DNA of 64,000 nt from positions 369,520,001-369,584,000 of the forward strand of contig OZ024740.1 in NCBI GenBank assembly GCA_964016885.1. The letters are read 5' to 3'. Made by a program: the position numbers and the translations under genes. Shown here piece after piece: positions 56,486-64,000 of the stretch. The stretch comes from Eledone cirrhosa. Lineage: Eukaryota. A model generated the notes under the pieces. The model had not been told where the DNA came from. It ran no database searches and worked only from the letters and a program-made list of their open reading frames with translations. The stretch's first letter is position 1. The number at the start of each line of letters is the position of its first letter.

Positions 56486-56556
56486 AGTAGTAGTAGTAAG
56501 GTGTTCGATGCTGCGACTATGGCCAGCAGCGATGTGTGTCAAATGGCTATTAAGAT

Positions 56557-56607
<51 letters not shown>

Positions 56608-57496
56608 GCAGAGTCATTCGAAGGTCAAAATATATTTTTCAGCTTTTGTCTTATACGGAGAAGTGCGTGTGTGTGTGTGTATAAGTCTCTTTGTATGTTG
56701 ATGTACGCGTGTGTATGTGTTTGTGTATATATGTGTGTGTGTATCTGTGTGTGGGTGGACCACTATTTTTTCCCCCTGGTAAAATGGTGTACATTATTCG
56801 ATTTTTTCAGTAAAATCGGTTCTCTTAATAGAACATCAAAAATCTTAACAATAAAAGGTGTGAAATGATATTCACTATATATATACACACACACACATTC
56901 ACTACATATATATATATACATATATACATACATATATATGCACATATATTTTTTGTATTGCACCATAGAGCATGTGTGTTTACGTGTGTCATTGTGTTTA
57001 TATGTGGGTAGAGATGTGTGCTGATGTAGGTATGTATGTTGTCGTGTGTATGTTGTGGGTTCGTCTTAGGGAGAAGTATTTAGACGGGGTCCGTATTTGT
57101 TAATGAAGTAAGATTCCTTGCTGATGCGCTGGGTGTGGGTGGCATTATCTTTAAATTTGTAGAGGGGAAAGATTCTGAAGTTGGGAGGATTTTGGGCGGC
57201 ACAGGTATCAATGTGTTCACTCAGTGGTATTTTCCTGTATTCCCGTATTTTAATTTGGGATCTATGGACAGTCATGCGTTGGCGGAGGCTGTTTTTGGTC
57301 TGGCCTATGTATTGTTCTCGACAACCTGAACAAGTTAATACATATATTAGATTTTCCGATGCACATGTGAAATTGTGTTTTACTATAAAACGTTGTCCAT
57401 CTTTGAAATAGAATTCCGGACACTCTATTAGGTTGATGCAAATGCCACAGTTGGGTCTATCGCATTTTTTTTACTGTGGGTTTCGAATGACTCTGC

Positions 57497-57575
<79 letters not shown>

Positions 57576-57663
57576 ATCTTAATAGCCATTTGACACACAT
57601 CGCTGCTGGCCATTGTCGCAGCATCGAACACCTTACTACTACAACTACACACACACATACACA

Positions 57664-57713
<50 letters not shown>

Positions 57714-58272
57714 CACACACACACACACATACACACATACACACACACATATTTGTTGTGAAAGAGTCATTTCTCAATCTTGGCGCAAAACCAATTTTTT
57801 ATCAACATGTCCTCTACCGACCAATCAAAATAATTTTGACCAATAATTTTTGCTGGAGCCACTTTTTTAACATTTTAACATAAAAACAGTCTTGGCGCAA
57901 AATCAACTTTTTACATTCACATGACCTCTACCGACCAATCAAAATTGTTTTGACCACAAGCATTTTTGCAACACAAAAATAACGCTGGAGCCACTTTTTT
58001 AACATAAAAACAGGTAGAATTCCCAAAACTAATCAGATCAGAGCAAACAGCACGGACACTCTATCTCAAAATTATTTTTGAAAAGCATTTAGAAATGCGC
58101 AACCGGTAAAAACTTAAAAACTTAAAACCACAACTGAATACTAACCCATACAATCACTAATACTCTTTTATTCCTAATTAAACCATTTTTCAACTGTGAA
58201 CAATTTGTCAGCATTTTCTATTCCGTTTACCAATATATAATAACTTGTGTGTTACACCTCTATTCTTTTAAC
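55908..58272 (-). mobile_element. Fold-back PLE fragment; inverted arms of about 720-750 bp (55908-56622 / 57482-58236) around a GIY-YIG C-terminus
   Basis: The arms are reverse complements except for CA-tract lengths, with (TA)n flanks. Confidence 0.8.
57066..57419 (-). pseudogene. CCHH-type PLE GIY-YIG endonuclease fragment (Neptune/Naiad-like)
   Basis: NFTCASENLIYVLTCSGCREQYIGQTKNSLRQRMTVHRSQI..LSEH..KESYFINKYGPRLN, open through to the stop codon. Confidence 0.88.
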
Positions 58273-58333
<61 letters not shown>

Positions 58334-58336
<3 letters not shown>

Positions 58337-58510
58337 GGAACGAGTAGGACCCCGACGGCTGAGCTCAAGCCGTTTCGACGGCTAATTCTGGACTAAAATT
58401 GAGCTCAGCCTTCGGGGTCCTACTCGTTCCTATTACCCACTCTACTACACTAAGTATTGAGTACTTTGGTGCGTTATGGTCCATCTGGTTCCTCACCATA
58501 TTTCCTTCGT
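58334..58510 (+). mobile_element. Palindromic HHR-derived fragment
   Basis: Inverted arms at 58334-58433, homologous to 54527-54713. Confidence 0.65.
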
Positions 58511-58641
<131 letters not shown>

Positions 58642-60980
58642 GGATATAGCGAGTATGAAAATAAACTTCTGAATTTTAAAAGTAAGAAAAGTTAATTTTA
58701 CTGTTGATCATTTTGTGTAGTTTTTCACTTTTGCATTTCAGGGTTTCAAGCAGAAATCCCAAGATTAGACATGACACTTAAAGTAGCAACAAAATTTGAA
58801 TGAAGTGAGGTAATTTATTCGGAAAAGTAAAAAATAAAAATAAAATCAGTTGAAATGTAAAACCAATATATAGTTCTATACATTTAATTCAATCCACTTA
58901 TTTCACGAATTTCAACTTTTAATTCTTGTGACATTTTATTTTCAAGATTCTCAGTACACTTTCTTTTCAATCTATATGTTTATAAACATTATTGCAAAAA
59001 TAAAGTATGATTGTTTGGAGATACCAAGGAATTTAGTATTTCATTTTGGTAATAACTCCGCATTGATTTTTCATCTACCCAAACATTAAATACAATGTTC
59101 GCTGTAATGTATATAATTTGCCTATTATATAGTAGCCTGGAACGTAGAGCTATGTTAAGAGTTGCGGAGATTGTAGTTCGTTTTGCTTTAGTGAATTATG
59201 TTGTGTTTATGACTAAACACCTTGTTTACATAAACTCGCAAAGTTTGCACTTCTGCACGTACACCAATAGATACACATACATGCGCGCACACACAAACAC
59301 ACAGGCACACACAAATATACATACATATATATATATACCTCCACTCTTTATATTTTGTTGGAGAATATTTCTTCATATTACTCTCCATCTATTGTGTGGC
59401 CCTTGGTGAATGTGAGGTATAATATATGGAACACTCTATAGTTTCCAGTTTCCCTTTACAGCCACCTTCGTATCTTCGTATCTGATTACTACAGCTGATT
59501 CTGTATTTTTGCCTGTATCTTACAATATGATTATGAACAAAGGATGACGATGTACAGAACCTTATTGTTATGCATTTGTTTTTCGTGTGGTACCATTAGC
59601 CGCCCCTCTTTGACGTAATTAGAAATTGCAAGCCTGCAAAAATATTTCTCGTTTTTGCATAGGATGAGTGTTCGAGACTACGTATGAAAATGGGTATGTT
59701 TTGAGTTGAACAATCTTGTAATACAATTGTGGCTAGTATTGCGATTGACTCTATTTTCGAGATAGTATTTGTAACAGATACGCTGCCTCCACAAAAATGG
59801 CAGTTGTTTCATTTTAATCCATCAATTTATTATTGAATTTCAACGTATGATTATACCAAGAGTAATAGGGATCAGGCATGCTTTATATGAGTCAACCCCT
59901 TCTTTATAGAGTATTATGTTAAGAAATCTGTCTTTTTTCCCAGTAGCATTTTAACCTCTCTGCTTTTCTCGAATGGTCATCTATAATTCGACAGATTTCT
60001 CGGAGCACAATTCTTTAATGCCTGTTACATCCTAGCAAATTGTCATGAACCATTGGTTTCATTGCTTTCATTTTCAGGCTAGAGCATCAGAGCTCAAATA
60101 TAACTCTTCACCTCATTTCAATACTGAATGCCATGGCGTCAGATGTCAGCAGAATGCTGTCTTTTAATAAGCTGAGTTAAACCCCATTATAGTAAAACGT
60201 AGTGGAAGAAATCATTTTAATAGCCAATGTTTGATGAACACCAATATTATGATATACTGAAACGATCGTCAGTAAAATTTAGATTATTCTGCTGTTAGAT
60301 GGGCTTAATACAAATCTGTTAACAGCGCAGATTCTTAGACAGAGTCACAAAGTTTAATATACAAAGGATGAAGGAGACTACAGTGATACAACTCGTAATT
60401 TTCACATGATACTTTTCAATCAAATAACAATATTGAAGCCGTAAAGATATTGAAGTTTATATGGCGGCAACTGATAATCAGATAAAAAGAAAATGAAACC
60501 AGAACAAATATATTTTTAACTATTTAAACAAATCGATATAACAAAATTGAATATTATTTGCAAAATGATAGCAGGGACACAGACCATTACTTTGACAACA
60601 CAAGGTGAAAATAAAGAACAAAAAAATCCCCAAAACAAACATATATCCTTCAAACAAATGTATCTCCTTCCCACTCACCAGACGAAAAATAACACGATGA
60701 AAAAACAGCGTGACATATTTGTGGAATCCATGTTAAAGTGAACAAAATATGTTTGAGTGAATGTAGCAAAATGGCAAAATATAATACAAAAAAAAAATCG
60801 ATTCTGTTTCTCTATATTTCTCACCTTTACTTTTTCATTCCTTGGCTCGATTATGTTCAGACGTGGAGACGGGATTTGCTCCGCCAGATTAAAAGTGCCC
60901 ATGACGAGCCCCTACAATGCCACATCCCATTTATTGTTTTGCCTTTGTATAGTAATGCAGAGAAGTGACAAGTGTCTAAA

Positions 60981-61168
60981 TAATTGTTTCTACTTTTGGC
61001 ACAAGGCCAGCAATTATGCAAGTGCATTACTGGTACTTTATTTTATCGACCCTGTAAAGATGAAAGGCAAAGTTAACCTCGGCGGGATTTGAACTCAGAG
61101 CGTAAAGGGCCGTAATTCTATGCTGCAAAGCATGGCGTCCGACCCTCTACCGATATTGCCAATCCACC
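60981..61168 (-). mobile_element. SINE family A with 13-bp TSD
   Basis: GTGTCTAAATAAT at 60972-60984 and 61171-61183. Confidence 0.93.
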
Positions 61169-61751
61169 TTGTGTCTAAATAATGACAAATTAAATGTCAG
61201 AGAGGTCAATATGAAGTTACGAATTCCAAAAGACAGAACCATCCCGGAACGATGTCCACATATATGAACTGAAGCTAAAGTATGAAGAATGAAGGTGCAG
61301 TGAAGAAGGCTCAGTTATTTTCATTATAAGTATAAACGACCATTAAAAGCTCACTACTACGAGGAAAATGAAAAGAATAAAGCGGATGACAATCTTAAAC
61401 GCAGGAACCGATTAATTTAATTTCCAAAGGATCAACGGAGCAGATTCCATTATCACTGTAGATTATATTAGGAAGCTGAATTACTTACTCAACTAGCCAT
61501 AACACTCAGAGAAAGGGAAATGAAAGAATAGATTCTTAGACAGCAGAAATATCCGTCGGCAGTAATTGCTTGGAATTTCCGAGCAACCAGTGTACATGTC
61601 TTCTCAGTTGTCCAAGAGACCGACATGTTGGCGGCGTTGTTCCCAGGCCTAACATACTTACTTGTGGAGGGGGAGATATAATAGCAACAGAACAGGAATT
61701 GAACAGGCAGTTGACTTCATAAAAAAATGATGATAATGATAATGCACAGAC

Positions 61752-61807
61752 AAGAAGAAGAAGAAGAAGAACAAGAAGAAGAAGAAGAAGAAGAAGAAGA
61801 AGAAGAA

Positions 61808-61854
<47 letters not shown>

Positions 61855-61912
61855 AGAAGAAGAAGAAGAAGAAGAAGAAGAAGAAGAAGAAGAAGAAGAA
61901 GAAGAAGAAGAA

Positions 61913-61949
<37 letters not shown>

Positions 61950-61955
61950 CTGATG
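61752..61955. repeat. (GAA)n-(GAT)n compound microsatellite
   Basis: Direct observation. The poly-E/D ORF has no other support. Confidence 0.95.
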
Positions 61956-63629
61956 ATCCTGAGAATATAAAGTAAGAAAGGAGATGGCATATCAGAGACG
62001 ATAATGTGTATACTGAAAACACATTTCTATAACGTCCAATCTTTCCTCTACTTCATCACATTTTATAACTGTCTTTATTGTCTCTTTACTACTTTATTTC
62101 TAGCAAGATTGAAATGTAAAGATAAAACGACATAGAAAAACATACAGAAAGTAAGAAACATAACGGTGATTATATCACACGTTTATTGCTTCATATTTTA
62201 ATTAGCTAATCAGATTGATGACAATTGACTAGTTGATTAGGAGTGGGTCTGATTCTATTTACAAAGATAGAACTGATTAATTTTAAATACGATCCTTTTC
62301 CTCTCGTCAAATGTCACCTGCCTGTTATATAATAGTTCTCCAATATCGATTTTACACGTTGAAGCATTACTCTTATTATTCTGCTTCTTAAATTAACTAA
62401 AAAACACATTCAGTTTTCCCAGTCGACGTTTCATTAGATCATTGAAAGTATGAAAGAAAGTATGCTGAATTAATTGCCCGTCATTAATTTTGTTTATCAA
62501 TCTAATGGTTCATTAACATACTGTTTCACTGCTATTCTATTAAGCAAGTTTCTCATTTTCTAACTATCCATTTCTCTCTTCCATTCGTATTCTTTATTGT
62601 AGTGTCATAACCCCTTTCTCTCACTCTTTTCCTGGCTCTCATGTATCTTCAGTCTGATGAAAGAGAAATGCAAGAAGAACACAATCTTAGGAACAAATAA
62701 CGACAAATCATAAATCTGCAATCATGATTCTGAATTGATTTAAAGAAATAATTTCAGATAGAAGAACAGCAGATGTACTCTAAATGTGTGAGATCTATAC
62801 AGTTAGATACATAAAACTATATGTATATAATTACGTGAGGGTGATTTCGTATGATGAACGAATGGGTCCTCGATATATAAACACAGATATAATTTAACAC
62901 AACACGCAGATTTAGATAGATATATAGGAACAAATACTTCCATATTTTTTGCCTATAAATCTTTAGATCCTCAATTAACAGAAGCTGAAAGAACTGCTGT
63001 AAAACCTCTAGATATAACACAAGGCCTAACGAACAACAAATAAATGTTTCTTAAAATGCATAATGAAGGACTATTCTATAACTATGTTGGATTTTGTCAC
63101 CTTTAATAGTGTTTAAATGTTTAATCAAAATCATTGTAGAAGGATTCACAGGCTCTACACTATCAGAAGCCACAGCCAGCTAACATCAACCCAACCCTTA
63201 TGCCACCTGATACATTTCCATTAAATCTCATCGTTTCAACCCACTATCCTAAACAACAAGCAACTAGTAGAAAAATGGATTTAACCTAATGTTCAATATT
63301 TGGTATATTTAGTAAATGCAAGCCTGGCCAAATCCAATCCCTCAGATTTTGATTAATAACGTTTTAATATTTCGACAGCTGGAATATTGGAGAATATTTA
63401 TGAAAACAGCTTTAGAAAATCTGGGAAAATAACTCCATATACTTTATAGAAGAGTGTGCATGCTTGGTCCTCTAACTTCTGAATGAGTCGTGGCGCCGCC
63501 ATATTAATATTCAGTGCTTCTTGGGTATTGTAACACCTGGCGGAGCTCGACCCCCGACTTGTCTAAATACTTCATATTCATTCCAGAGAAGGATAAAGAG
63601 AAAGGATGTGAGAAAGATATATTGAGTAA

Positions 63630-63786
63630 GAATCGACCCCAGTACTAAAGTGGTACATTTTTATCGACCTCAAAACGACGAAAACAAATTATCATTCATG
63701 GGATTTGAATTCGGAGAGCAATGAGCCAAACTGAATAAAGCAAAGCATTCATACCGAAATTCTAACGATTCTGTCAATTCGCCGCC
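63630..63786 (-). mobile_element. Degenerate tRNA-derived SINE
   Basis: Minus strand reads GGCGGCGAATTGACAGAATCGTTAG...TTCAAATCCC...GTCGATAAAAATGTACCA..CTGGGGTCGATT. Confidence 0.65.
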
Positions 63787-64000
63787 TATATGGAAAGGAA
63801 GAGAGAAAGGGATAAATAGCGTGTGAGACTTTGGCTTGATAGAATAATAGTAAAACAGTATGTTAATAAAGCATTAAATTGATAAGCAAAAGTAATGATG
63901 GACAATGTATTCAGCATAATACACATTAAAACATTATTACACATGCATACGTATATATACATACATACACCCAGGGAAATTGCCCAGCAGTACCGCAATG

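Noticed and set aside
59400-60400. Very old minus-strand LINE RT remnant (RIVLREICRIIDD)
   Set aside because: The similarity is too weak to delimit without a profile search.
62654-62668. CTGATGAAAGAGAAA as a hammerhead
   Set aside because: No pairing stems I or III.

Overview
AT-rich, microsatellite-dense eukaryotic DNA. It is probably an octopod cephalopod, inferred only from my recollection of the SINE families. I found no confidently identifiable host gene, and almost all six-frame ORFs are microsatellite noise. The window is mostly decayed retroelements: (i) many Penelope-like elements (PLEs; RT + GIY-YIG) and non-coding derivatives, mostly bounded by (TA)n tracts, with direct or inverted pseudo-LTRs (pLTRs); (ii) a frameshifted Ty3/Gypsy element (32357-36504, minus) whose 3' LTR is folded back on itself; (iii) a near full-length CR1-type LINE (minus) with a Myb/SANT-like ORF1 N-terminus; (iv) about 10 tRNA-derived SINE copies, RTE remnants and three minisatellites. 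The most notable signal is more than 15 type I hammerhead ribozyme (HHR) motifs from many unrelated families. These include short non-coding retrozyme-like 1.1-1.3-mers, an HHR with no stem II in both pLTRs of a near-intact PLE, and palindromes centred on HHR stem II, which suggest that the ribozyme hairpin primes fold-back cDNA synthesis. Coordinates were read by eye and may be off by a few bases.
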